Shown here in pieces: positions 1 through 8,033 of a DNA stretch of 54,761 bases. Source of the stretch: Candidatus Termititenax persephonae (GTDB lineage Bacteria > Margulisbacteria > Termititenacia > Termititenacales > Termititenacaceae); contig BGZO01000004.1 of NCBI GenBank assembly GCA_003864475.1, positions 1 through 54,761 on the forward strand. The letters are read 5' to 3'. Made by a program: the position numbers and the translations under genes. The number at the start of each line of letters is the position of its first letter. Position 1 is the first letter of the stretch. A model generated the notes under the pieces. That model had not been told where the DNA came from. It worked only from the letters and a program-made list of their open reading frames with translations, and made no database searches.

Positions 1-1
1 T

Positions 2-46
2 GGGCGTAGGAAAGATATCGGCTTTCGCCTTGCCAGAACTATATAA
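2..46 (+). CDS. 3' end of a fibre-family protein with FGE/C-type-lectin-like C-terminus (5' part lies outside the window)
   Basis: The frame reads ...[14 protein letters not shown]. The last codons plus about 18 nt of 3' UTR match the end of the 399-aa paralog at 20163..21362 (41/44 nt by hand alignment). Confidence 0.6.
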   Translation, partial: GRRKDIGFRLARTI

Positions 47-220
47 GATTTGGGGCTGATTGGTCCCCCCGCTTTTTTGAAGTATTCCTCACCCATTCCT
101 CTTAATTTCCCCAGGGGGGTACCATGTCTCGTGCCAACACACATATACATGATGAGGGTGTCCTAGATTTGGCGCAAGACTTATCGAACCGCAACGTAAT
201 TTTGTCCTGCGGAGATTTCC

Positions 221-229
221 TGCTATAAT
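221..229 (+). promoter_or_regulatory. Extended -10 promoter element (TGCTATAAT) for fic
   Basis: The TGnTATAAT motif lies 28 nt upstream of the GTG start. The same promoter type recurs upstream of flgG and of the fibre genes. Confidence 0.4.
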
Positions 230-252
230 CTCCGCAATATCTGCGGAGATTT
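225..252. repeat. 28-bp palindrome-containing repeat, copy 1 (ATAATCTCCGCAATATCTGCGGAGATTT)
   Basis: It is identical over 28 bp to 1345..1372. It has a 10-bp perfect stem (AATCTCCGCA / TGCGGAGATT) with a 5-nt loop, and the right arm contains the GGAG of the fic RBS. An extra half-site, CTGCGGAGATTTCC, lies at 207..220. Confidence 0.9.
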
Positions 253-256
253 AAAA

Positions 257-1348
257 GTGGCAAAATATATTTATGAATGGCCGAATTGGACAGATTTCGT
301 CTGGGACGGCAAGCTGATTTTGGAGTGTTTAACCAAGACTGCGGCTTTGCAGGGGCGGCTCCTAGGCAAAATGCAGCAATTCGGCTTTGGTCTGCAACAG
401 GAAGCCATGCTCAACGCTCTGGCGGAAGAGATTACTAAGTCCAGCGAGATTGAGGGCGAAATCTTAAATTCAGAACAGGTACGCTCATCCTTGGCCAGAC
501 AGTTAAATCTGGATTTTCCTGGGCAGACCGCCACGTCGCGCCATATCGACGGCCTGGTTTCCATCCTGCTTGACGCGACGCGCAATTACCATCAGCGGCT
601 GGACTGCCCACGCCTGTTCGGCTGGCATGCCGCGCTTTTCCCGCTTGGCTACAGCGGTATGCGCAAAATCAAAGTGGCCGGTTTTCGTCAGGATGGTATG
701 CAGATTGTCTCCACCAAAGGCTGTCGAGACATTGTTTATTACGAAGCGCCGGAGCCGCGCCTTGTGCCGTCGCTGATGCGTGATTTTCTGCGCTGGCTGA
801 ACAACAAAAACAATGAAAATAACCTGCTCAAAGCGGCGATTAGTCATCTTTGGTTCGTGATAATCCACCCATTCGAGGACGGCAATGGCCGGATAGCACG
901 AACGATTGGCGACATGCTTTTGGCGCGCGCCGAAAACACTAATCTGCGGTTTTATTCCCTGTCCGCGCAGATACAAAAGGAGAAGAAAGATTATTACCGC
1001 ATCTTGGAGAAAACGACCATCGGCACACGGGATATTACCGCCTGGCTCATTTGGTTTTTTGCCTGTCTGGGCAGGGCTATCGAAGATTCGGCCAGCCTGA
1101 CCGCAATAGTCTTACGCAAGGCCGCCTTTTGGCAAAAAAACGCCGCGGCTATCTCGGACGAAAAACAGCGCAAAATTATCAACCTGCTTTTTGACGGATT
1201 TCAAGGCAACTTGACCTCTGGCAAAGTGGAGAAAATCTGCAAAATTTCACAGGACACCGCCACGCGCCTTTTGCAAAATTTGACGGCCAAAGGGTTTTTA
1301 AAAGTTGTCGGTGCGGGACGCGGGACACACTATATTTTGGCGCAATAA
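257..1348 (+). CDS. fic: Fic family protein (probable AMP-transferase, class II type with N-terminal inhibitory motif)
   Basis: 363-aa ORF with a GTG start. It has the canonical Fic motif HPFEDGNGRIAR and an upstream SSEIEG that fits the (S/T)xxxE(G/N) inhibitory motif. The N-terminus, YIYEWPNWTDFVWD, resembles DUF4172-type Fic proteins. Confidence 0.9.
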   Translation: MAKYIYEWPNWTDFVWDGKLILECLTKTAALQGRLLGKMQQFGFGLQQEAMLNALAEEITKSSEIEGEILNSEQVRSSLARQLNLDFPGQTATSRHIDGLVSILLDATRNYHQRLDCPRLFGWHAALFPLGYSGMRKIKVAGFRQDGMQIVSTKGCRDIVYYEAPEPRLVPSLMRDFLRWLNNKNNENNLLKAAISHLWFVIIHPFEDGNGRIARTIGDMLLARAENTNLRFYSLSAQIQKEKKDYYRILEKTTIGTRDITAWLIWFFACLGRAIEDSASLTAIVLRKAAFWQKNAAAISDEKQRKIINLLFDGFQGNLTSGKVEKICKISQDTATRLLQNLTAKGFLKVVGAGRGTHYILAQ

Positions 1349-1372
1349 TCTCCGCAATATCTGCGGAGATTT
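1345..1372. repeat. 28-bp palindrome-containing repeat, copy 2 (overlaps the fic stop codon)
   Basis: Perfect copy of 225..252. The following CTGCGGAGATTTCC (1361..1374) also equals 207..220. A second small hairpin, CCTTC-N7-GAAGG, follows. Confidence 0.9.
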
Positions 1373-1459
1373 CCCTTCCGCGCTCGAAGGATTCCACGAA
1401 CGGACGAGACGGTAGCGGCATCGTTGGCATCCCTGTGTGCCAGACATCGGCGCTTCGCC

Positions 1460-1921
1460 TTATTCGGCCAAGGCGCTGATGTCTACCTTGATTTTCTCCC
1501 CCACCTCGCGCACAAAATTCTCCACCAGCGGGATTAAAATTTCTTTTTCCCCGGTAACCACCAGCACGTCATGCGCGGGGGACTGGATTATCTCCGTAAC
1601 ACTGCCGAGGAACCGACCGTGCTGGTCGTAAACTTCCTTCCGCAAAACATCCTCGGCCCAGACCGTCTGCCCGTCCGGTTTCGCGGCGATGGTTACCGAC
1701 TGCCGACACAAAGCTACGGCCGCAGTCCGGGACGTGATTTCCCGGAGAGCCAGCAGGATATGCGCCTTGTGCGGACGCGCGGCGGCCAGCGTGTATTCCG
1801 CTCCGCCGATAAAGATTTTTTGGCTGGGGGCAAAAACAAAGTCAGGATACTGGCACCGCAGTTTGACCTCGCCCTTGATACCGTGCGCACCGACGATAAC
1901 GCCGAGGAAGTAAATGCCTAT
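1460..1921 (-). CDS. rimM: 16S rRNA processing protein RimM (start codon uncertain)
   Basis: The listed 83-aa ORF is the PRC-barrel half. The frame stays open upstream through GIYFLGVIVGAHGIKGEVKL, which is an RimM N-domain signature. No in-frame ATG, GTG or TTG precedes that N-domain signature as far upstream as I traced the open frame (to about 2040), so the start may be ATA at 1921 or ATT at 1915. The gene follows ylqD as in the Bacillus rpsP operon. Confidence 0.75.
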   Translation of the reverse strand: MGIYFLGVIVGAHGIKGEVKLRCQYPDFVFAPSQKIFIGGAEYTLAAARPHKAHILLALREITSRTAAVALCRQSVTIAAKPDGQTVWAEDVLRKEVYDQHGRFLGSVTEIIQSPAHDVLVVTGEKEILIPLVENFVREVGEKIKVDISALAE

Positions 1922-2340
1922 ACTCCCCGGATTTCTTGAATCACGCCGTCTTTGAGCAACAGCTCGATGCCGCCCAGTTTTTTGTAGAGATTGTCGCCTT
2001 CCTTGACGGTGGTTGTACCCTGCACCGTCCCCTGCAAAAATTCCGAGCCGAGTTTTAACTCCTTGGCTTCGGCGATTTTTTTCTCTAAGTCAACTTTGGC
2101 CAAGACAGCCTGCTGCTTATCCATGTTGATTTGCTGGACGATGGCCGAGATTTGCTTGACAGTTTTTTCGCCTTGTTTTTTGAGATTTTCGACCAGCCGC
2201 TTGCCCTGCGTCTCCATGGTGGTCAGCTGGGTCTCCATGTTCTTAATCGACCGCTCCAACTCAGAGACCAGATATTTTTTGAACTCCTCGGTTACGGTAA
2301 CTTTCACGGTTACATTTCTCTGTAAAGATAATTCTGCCAT
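1918..2340 (-). CDS. ylqD: YlqD-like protein
   Basis: 140-aa coiled-coil-rich protein. It lies between the KH-domain gene and rimM, matching the rpsP-ylqC-ylqD-rimM order. It has a G-rich RBS. Confidence 0.6.
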   Translation of the reverse strand: MAELSLQRNVTVKVTVTEEFKKYLVSELERSIKNMETQLTTMETQGKRLVENLKKQGEKTVKQISAIVQQINMDKQQAVLAKVDLEKKIAEAKELKLGSEFLQGTVQGTTTVKEGDNLYKKLGGIELLLKDGVIQEIRGV

Positions 2341-2358
2341 AAGAATACCCCCTTTTTT

Positions 2359-2607
2359 TTACTGCGGCTGCTTGTCGTCTGTTACGATTTCCACAGTCAC
2401 TTTCTTATTCTGCTTCGCCCCGGCTGCCTTGACCACCGTGCGGATAGCATTGGCGATGCGCCCCTCTTTGCCGATAATTTTGCCCACATCGTCCGCCGCG
2501 ACACTTATCTCCACGACCGTAATGCTGTTGCCGGAGGTTTCCGTTACATTAACGCCGTCCGGGTTGTCGACCAAGGCTTTCACTAATAATTCTACCAAAC
2601 TTTTCAT
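2359..2607 (-). CDS. KH-domain RNA-binding protein (YlqC/UPF0109 family)
   Basis: 82 aa with the KH GXXG motif region VGKIIGKEGRIANAIRTV. It lies immediately downstream of rpsP. Confidence 0.85.
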   Translation of the reverse strand: MKSLVELLVKALVDNPDGVNVTETSGNSITVVEISVAADDVGKIIGKEGRIANAIRTVVKAAGAKQNKKVTVEIVTDDKQPQ

Positions 2608-2627
2608 GGTATCGTCTCCCTAAACTT

Positions 2628-2870
2628 TTATATCCCTGCTTTTTTTAATAATTTGGCGACTCTTTCCGACGGCAAAGCCCCATTTTTTTGCCATTTTTGC
2701 AATTTCTCAACGTCCACTTGGAAAGCCGCCGGTTTGACTGCAGGATTGTAAAAACCCAAGTTGTCAAGATACTCGCCGGAACTCAAGGCCTTGCGGCTGT
2801 CAATGGCAATTACTCTATAGTAGGGTTGATGTTTCTTGCCCGTGCGTTTCAGCTTGATTTTTACTGACAC
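2628..2870 (-). CDS. rpsP: 30S ribosomal protein S16
   Basis: VSVKIKLKRTGKKHQPYYRVIAIDSR... is typical of S16. I place the start at GTG 2870, preceded by GGAGGTGA 6 nt upstream, rather than at the ATG of the longest ORF (2897). Confidence 0.9.
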   Translation of the reverse strand: MSVKIKLKRTGKKHQPYYRVIAIDSRKALSSGEYLDNLGFYNPAVKPAAFQVDVEKLQKWQKNGALPSERVAKLLKKAGI

Positions 2871-2940
2871 AAACTTCACCTCCACAAAATAACGCATCCA
2901 TTATAACTGCAAATCGGGGGTTTGGCTATAGGAATAAAAA

Positions 2941-2951
2941 TGTGCTATAAT
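2941..2951 (+). promoter_or_regulatory. Extended -10 promoter (TGTGCTATAAT) for the flgG operon
   Basis: A perfect TGnTATAAT lies 39 nt upstream of the flgG GTG, in the AT-rich divergent region shared with rpsP. Confidence 0.5.
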
Positions 2952-2989
2952 TAAAAAGGGTTTGCGTCTCTAATAAAGGGGGAGACAAA

Positions 2990-3778
2990 GTGTTTAGACA
3001 ATTTTATATCGCCGCGACCGGCATGAATGCCATGGAAAAAGACTTGGTCACGATTACCAATAACGTTTCCAATGTCAAAACCACGGGTTTCAAGAAGTCG
3101 CGCATCGAATTGGAAACCTTATTCCCGCAGATTTTAGAGGAAGCGGTGCAGGATGCCGAGACCACTTTTGAAAAAGGCTTGGTGGAGCTGGGTTCCGGTG
3201 TGCGCGTGGTCGGCACGCCCAAGGATTTCTCTTCCGGCACTATCGAGGTTACCAATAATCAGTTGGATGTCGCCATTCAAGGCGAGGGTTTCTTGCGCTT
3301 TCAGCTGCCGGACGGTTCGATAGCCTTCTCGCGCGCCGGCAATCTGCATAAGGATTCGGACGGCCGCTTGGTCAATATCAACGGTTACCCGATGGACCCG
3401 GAAATCCGCATCCCGGACACGGCAACCAACGTTCTGGTTACGACGACCGGCGCGGTGTACGTGCAGGAGGACAATCAGGTTACGCAAAGCCAGATTGGGC
3501 AGATTGAGCTGGTCAAGTTCGTCAACCCGACCTCGCTGAAAAGCGTCGGCGGCAATCTGTACGTGGAGACCGCGGCCTCCGGCATGGGTAGGTAAGGTAC
3601 ACCGGGCGATGAAGGTTTCGGGCAGATTGCCCAGTTCTCGCTGGAGAGCAGTAATGTCGATATCGTGTCGGAGATGATGCAAATGGTTGTTACGCAACGG
3701 TCTTTTGATATTATTTCCAAGGCCATTCAATCCGGCGAAGCGATGCTCAACTCCGCCATCGAAATAGCCCGCGGCTAA
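2990..3778 (+). pseudogene. flgG: Flagellar distal rod protein FlgG interrupted by an in-frame TAA (codon 202 of 263)
   Basis: The N-terminus MFRQFYIAATGMNAMEKDLVTITNNVSNVKTTGFKK is a rod-protein signature. After TAA at 3593..3595 the same frame continues GTPGDEGFGQIAQFSLESSNVDIVSEMMQMVVTQRSFDIISKAIQ..., the conserved FlgG C-terminus, to TAA at 3776..3778. Confidence 0.85.
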
Positions 3779-3783
3779 TTTCC

Positions 3784-4482
3784 ATGAGGGTTGGGATTTT
3801 TTTCTGGATCGCCTTGCTGGCGGCACAGTTTGTTGGGGCGGCAGAAATTTTACCGCATGAATTATTGAGCCTCGGTCTGGCAGAATTACGGACGGTGCCG
3901 CGTTTTGTTGACAAGGAAGTTACGCTCAATTTTTATAAAGTTCCCGACCCGATATTTGTGCCTACGGACAATTACACGATTCGGACGAAGATTTCCGCCA
4001 AAGAAGTTACGCCAGTGCTTTACATCGAATACGAGGTCTATGAGGACCAAACTTTTTTAAAAGGTTTCCGTCTCCGTTACAACGCGGCGGTCTATGCCGA
4101 GGCCTATTACGCGAAGCGGCGCCTGGGCAAAGGCACCGAAGTCAGCGCGGAAGATTTTTACACGGCGCGGACGGATGTACTGCGTTATTCGCGGTGCGTG
4201 GTCGCGCCGTATACGGACTGGGACGGCCATGTGCTGGCCATTGATTTAGCCCAAGACGAGCCGCTCTATGCCTCGATGCTGGGAGCCAAGCAGCTGGTCA
4301 ATGCCGGGGACATAATAACGCTCGTGGTCATCAGCGACACGGTAACGATTAAGGCCAAAGCCAAGGCCCTGCAGCCCGGACTGCTCGGCGACAAAATCAG
4401 GGTGCAGATGCAGAACGAAAAGAAACGCCTCTTGCAGGCGGAAATCACCGCGCCCGGCGAGTGCCGCATAACCTTAGATTGA
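3784..4482 (+). CDS. flgA: Flagellar P-ring assembly chaperone FlgA
   Basis: 232 aa with a signal-like N-terminus. The C-terminal SAF-type region reads GDIITLVVISDTVTIKAKAKALQPGLLGDKIRVQ. The gene lies between flgG and flgH. Confidence 0.8.
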   Translation: MRVGIFFWIALLAAQFVGAAEILPHELLSLGLAELRTVPRFVDKEVTLNFYKVPDPIFVPTDNYTIRTKISAKEVTPVLYIEYEVYEDQTFLKGFRLRYNAAVYAEAYYAKRRLGKGTEVSAEDFYTARTDVLRYSRCVVAPYTDWDGHVLAIDLAQDEPLYASMLGAKQLVNAGDIITLVVISDTVTIKAKAKALQPGLLGDKIRVQMQNEKKRLLQAEITAPGECRITLD

Positions 4483-4595
4483 AAAATAGATTGAAAGGAA
4501 TGAGAAGGGACAGTTTTTTTGAGTTGCTACTAACATAACCATATATTATAATAATAGATTAGGGATTTACAGTTTAATAAAGGGGTAGGGGAGAA

Positions 4596-5210
4596 ATGAA
4601 AAACTACAGCAAAACACTGCTGGGAGCAGTGTTGATAGTCAGTTTTAGTTTGGCGGCATCTCTCTGGAGTGAAAAATCCAAGGCGCAATTCGTCCGCACC
4701 CAAGAGTTTAATGTAGGCGACACGATTACAATCCTCATTGATGAGAGCCTGAGCGCGGCGCAGTCCGGCACAACGCGCCTGGACAGGAGTTCCGATGCCG
4801 CGTTGAATTTTTCCAACCGCGCCGAGTCATCCGCAGAGGCCGGCCGCCGGACGCTGGTGGACACGCAGAGTAACAGCCGCCTAAATCTCTCGACCACGGG
4901 ACGGACAAATTATTCCGGTACGGGCAGGACGGAGCGTTCCAGTTCAATCAAAACGACAATCACCGCCACGGTTATTGATGTGCAGCCCAATGGCAATCTT
5001 TTTGTGCTGGGACAGCGCTCAATCCGTGTCAATGAAGAGGTGGAGACGCTGGAGGTTTCCGGCATCGTCAATACGGAAAAATTAAAAGATGACAATTCCA
5101 TCTCTTCCACCCAGATTGCCAATGCCAAGATTACTATCCGCGGCGCGGGAACGGTATCTTCGCCACAGCAACCGGGTCTTTTGGGCAAAATGTTTGAATG
5201 GCTTTTTTAG
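4596..5210 (+). CDS. flgH: Flagellar L-ring protein FlgH
   Basis: 204 aa with a signal peptide. FNVGDTITILIDESLSAAQSGTT and NLFVLGQRSIRVNEEVETLEVSGIV are typical FlgH blocks. Confidence 0.85.
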   Translation: MKNYSKTLLGAVLIVSFSLAASLWSEKSKAQFVRTQEFNVGDTITILIDESLSAAQSGTTRLDRSSDAALNFSNRAESSAEAGRRTLVDTQSNSRLNLSTTGRTNYSGTGRTERSSSIKTTITATVIDVQPNGNLFVLGQRSIRVNEEVETLEVSGIVNTEKLKDDNSISSTQIANAKITIRGAGTVSSPQQPGLLGKMFEWLF

Positions 5211-5218
5211 GAGCGGCA

Positions 5219-6517
5219 ATGCGAAAAAAATTTTTGAAGGTTCTTTTTTTATTTTTAACCTGCTACGCTCTGGCCGATTCCCCGGCGGTACGCATCAAAG
5301 ATGTCGCCACCATTTCGGGTATCCGTTCCAATCAGCTGATGGGCGTGGGTCTGGTCGTTGGCTTGAAAGGCACCGGCGATGCCAGCTCGACATTCTCGGA
5401 TCGGGCTTTGACTAATCTGCTGATTAATATGGGACTTTCCAGCCGCCAGTCTGATTTGTACAAAAGCAAAAACGTAGCCGTCGTCATGGTTACGGCGGAA
5501 CTGCCCGCTTTCGTCAAGTCCGGGCATAAGATAGATGTTTTTGTCTCCTCGTTGGGCGACTCGACCTCGCTGAAAAACGGTAATTTGCTGATGACCCCGC
5601 TCCGGGGCGCGGACGAAAAAGTTTACGCCGTGGCCTCGGGCCCGATTATGCTGGGCGGCAAGGACGCTTCCGGCGGCAGCGGCGGTAGCGGCGGCGGCAG
5701 CAGCGACCGTAGCGAGACGGTGTGCAAAGTAATCGAAGGAGCCATTGTCGAGCAGGAAGTGCCGACAGACTACATCGGACAAAACAGCATCGCCCTCAAT
5801 CTGCACAAATCAGATTTTAATACGGCGACGCGGATTGCCGATGCTCTGAATCGTGCAGGTTATTCCGGCACGCGGGCCATCGATCCGGTAACGGTGGAGA
5901 TTCCCATCGAGGAAGAGGACAAGGAAAACATGGTCAGTTTCGTCGCGCGGATTCAAGATTTTATGGTCGTGCCGGACAATATCGCCAAGGTGGTCATCAA
6001 TCAGCGCACCGGCACAGTGGTTGTCGGCGAGACCGTGCGCCTGTCGCCTGTCGCTGTTTCGCACGGCGAAGTGGAGATTAGAATCGAGGGGGAAGAATCG
6101 GCAGGGACACCCGGCACACCATGGACACCCGGGACACAAGGCACGCCTTCCACCAGGAGAACCAGTGTGGAAACCAGCGTGGAGACTATCGCCGCCGCGC
6201 CACTGGACACGAGCGTCCCGCATCTTGGCAGGACTGGGCCCAGCGATGCCACGGTCTACTCCAACACAGTCTCTACCGCCACTTCCCCCGGCACGTCCAG
6301 CACCTTTGGCATACCCGGTACTCCTGATATCCCCGGTGGCAGTAGTGGTGAGAGCGTTGCTCAAGCCAACAAATTGGTTGTCCTCAAAGAAGGGTCGACC
6401 TTGAGCAGTTTGGTCAAAGCCTTAAACAGTGTCGGCGCCTCGCCGCAGGATTTGATTGCCATCCTGCAGGCCTTGAAGACGGCTGGCGCGTTGACGGCGG
6501 ACATAGAGGTTATCTAG
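5219..6517 (+). CDS. flgI: Flagellar P-ring protein FlgI with expanded low-complexity insert
   Basis: VRIKDVATISGIRSNQLMGVGLVVGLKGTGD and the C-terminal LVKALNSVGASPQDLIAILQALKTAGALTADIEVI identify FlgI. I chose the start at ATG 5219 after AGGAG. The Thr/Pro/Gly/Ser-rich segment spans about 6086..6366. Confidence 0.9.
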   Translation: MRKKFLKVLFLFLTCYALADSPAVRIKDVATISGIRSNQLMGVGLVVGLKGTGDASSTFSDRALTNLLINMGLSSRQSDLYKSKNVAVVMVTAELPAFVKSGHKIDVFVSSLGDSTSLKNGNLLMTPLRGADEKVYAVASGPIMLGGKDASGGSGGSGGGSSDRSETVCKVIEGAIVEQEVPTDYIGQNSIALNLHKSDFNTATRIADALNRAGYSGTRAIDPVTVEIPIEEEDKENMVSFVARIQDFMVVPDNIAKVVINQRTGTVVVGETVRLSPVAVSHGEVEIRIEGEESAGTPGTPWTPGTQGTPSTRRTSVETSVETIAAAPLDTSVPHLGRTGPSDATVYSNTVSTATSPGTSSTFGIPGTPDIPGGSSGESVAQANKLVVLKEGSTLSSLVKALNSVGASPQDLIAILQALKTAGALTADIEVI

Positions 6518-6518
6518 T

Positions 6519-6836
6519 ATGAGCGGAATTGTGCCGGTCAATCCCGCAGAGTTTATGCAGGATATTATTATTCAAGAGGGCCTGCGTAAAGAGCCGACGG
6601 ATAATGCCGGACGCGAGGCGGTTTTTCGGCAGATGCTTCTGGAAGAAGTCTTCTTGCGGGATATGTTCAGCAATGAAAACAGCGTTTATAAGCCGGAAAA
6701 AGAGGAAAATGAACTGGTCTTGAAAAGTTTGTCTGAAATGTACGGCGGCTATATGAAAAAAGAACTGGCCGCGTATCTGGTCGAGCAGGGGTTTTTGCAG
6801 ACACAGGAAAGGATGCCTAAGCAGAATGGCCGATAA
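6519..6836 (+). CDS. Rod-binding protein (FlgJ N-terminal-domain-like)
   Basis: 105 aa directly after flgI. FRQMLLEEVFLRDMF ... YGGYMKKELAAYLVEQG resembles the rod-binding domain. Confidence 0.55.
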   Translation: MSGIVPVNPAEFMQDIIIQEGLRKEPTDNAGREAVFRQMLLEEVFLRDMFSNENSVYKPEKEENELVLKSLSEMYGGYMKKELAAYLVEQGFLQTQERMPKQNGR

Positions 6837-7653
6837 AAAACGCCTCAACCCTAACCCGCCCAAAAAGCTGAACAAAGCAGCTGAACATAGACCGCTGGCC
6901 GTAGATGTGCGGCAACGAATGTATCAACCCAATGATGACCCGGAAAGCAGGATAAATTTTCAGAATCAAGAGGAGGTAGTTGCGGCTTACACACCATTGG
7001 TACAGGTTATCGCCGCGAATATCACGGCCTCCGGCAAGATTCCGCCCAATTTGAGTTTTGACGATTTAGTCAGCTACGGCACGTCTGGCCTGGTCAAGTC
7101 TTGGGAAAATTTTGACAAAAACAAAAATGTCAAATTTAAAGTATACGCCTCTTACCGTATCCGCGGCGAGATGCTGGACAAAATCCGCAAAGAGTGGAAA
7201 TACCAAAATCCAGGCGGGTATAAGTCGATTCACAAAGTGGAAGCAAAAGTCGCGCAAGCGGCCATCGACACCAAAGGTGTCAGCAAAACTGAGACCGAGG
7301 AAGAGGCCATGAAGAATATTACCGCCAATTCTTCGGTGGCTTACCTTCTGTCGTTTGAGGACACCCGGTCAACCAACGGCGACAGTGTTGCCGACAACGG
7401 GGCTTTGCTGGACGACTCGGTGGCGGAACAGATTGATTTTGCCACCGAAAAAAGAGCCCTCTGGGACGCGGTAAAAACCTTGGCCGAGGATGAGAAAAAG
7501 ATAATCAAATTATTTTACATCGACGACCGCTCGCAAAAAGAGATTGCCGATGAGCTGGGGTATTCCAAAAGTAAAATCAGCCGCCTGCACGCGCAGGTTT
7601 TAAACAAATTACGCACCCGCATTACGAGGAGGTTAAATTATGATTTGGATTAA
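6826..7653 (+). CDS. fliA: Flagellar sigma factor FliA (sigma-28 family)
   Basis: 275 aa. Region 2 reads DDLVSYGTSGLVKSWENFD...YASYRIRGEMLD. Region 4 HTH reads SQKEIADELGYSKSKISRLHAQVLNKLR. Confidence 0.85.
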   Translation: MADKKRLNPNPPKKLNKAAEHRPLAVDVRQRMYQPNDDPESRINFQNQEEVVAAYTPLVQVIAANITASGKIPPNLSFDDLVSYGTSGLVKSWENFDKNKNVKFKVYASYRIRGEMLDKIRKEWKYQNPGGYKSIHKVEAKVAQAAIDTKGVSKTETEEEAMKNITANSSVAYLLSFEDTRSTNGDSVADNGALLDDSVAEQIDFATEKRALWDAVKTLAEDEKKIIKLFYIDDRSQKEIADELGYSKSKISRLHAQVLNKLRTRITRRLNYDLD

Positions 7654-8005
7654 GAAAATCCTGCCGCTGATTCTGGGCTTGAGCCTGGCGCTGGCCGCCG
7701 TGGAAGAGATACTTTTTGATGAGGTAACCTTGCGTCTGGAAAATGACATCAAGGAAGCGACCCGACGGCAGGCGATTATCGCGCACAATATTGCCAACGC
7801 TGAGATTGAGGGTTATCAGCCGATTCGTTTTGAGGAGGAACTGCGTGAACTGCGCAAGACACCTGACGGTGTCTCCAAGGACAGGATAGTCATAGAGGAC
7901 GAAATGGTAAAGATGACCAAGAATCGTATGCGGCACCAAACCGCGTTGAAGCTGTACACTCTCAAGACCGGCGTGGTAAAAACTGTATTGAGCCAAGGAA
8001 AATAA
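7640..8005 (+). CDS. flgB: Flagellar proximal rod protein FlgB
   Basis: 121 aa with RRQAIIAHNIANAEIEGYQP, a rod N-terminal motif. The RBS is GAGGAGG. Confidence 0.8.
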   Translation: MIWIKKILPLILGLSLALAAVEEILFDEVTLRLENDIKEATRRQAIIAHNIANAEIEGYQPIRFEEELRELRKTPDGVSKDRIVIEDEMVKMTKNRMRHQTALKLYTLKTGVVKTVLSQGK

Positions 8006-8033
8006 GAAATAACTAACCAGGAGGGTAATGATC

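Noticed and set aside
3593-3595. Stop-codon reassignment, meaning an alternative genetic code, as an explanation for the in-frame TAA in flgG and the in-frame TAG between B3 and B4 (29355-29357).
   Set aside because: TAA and TAG terminate many neighbouring genes at the lengths expected for their families, for example fic, fliE, flgH and the trp genes. A global recoding is therefore not supported.
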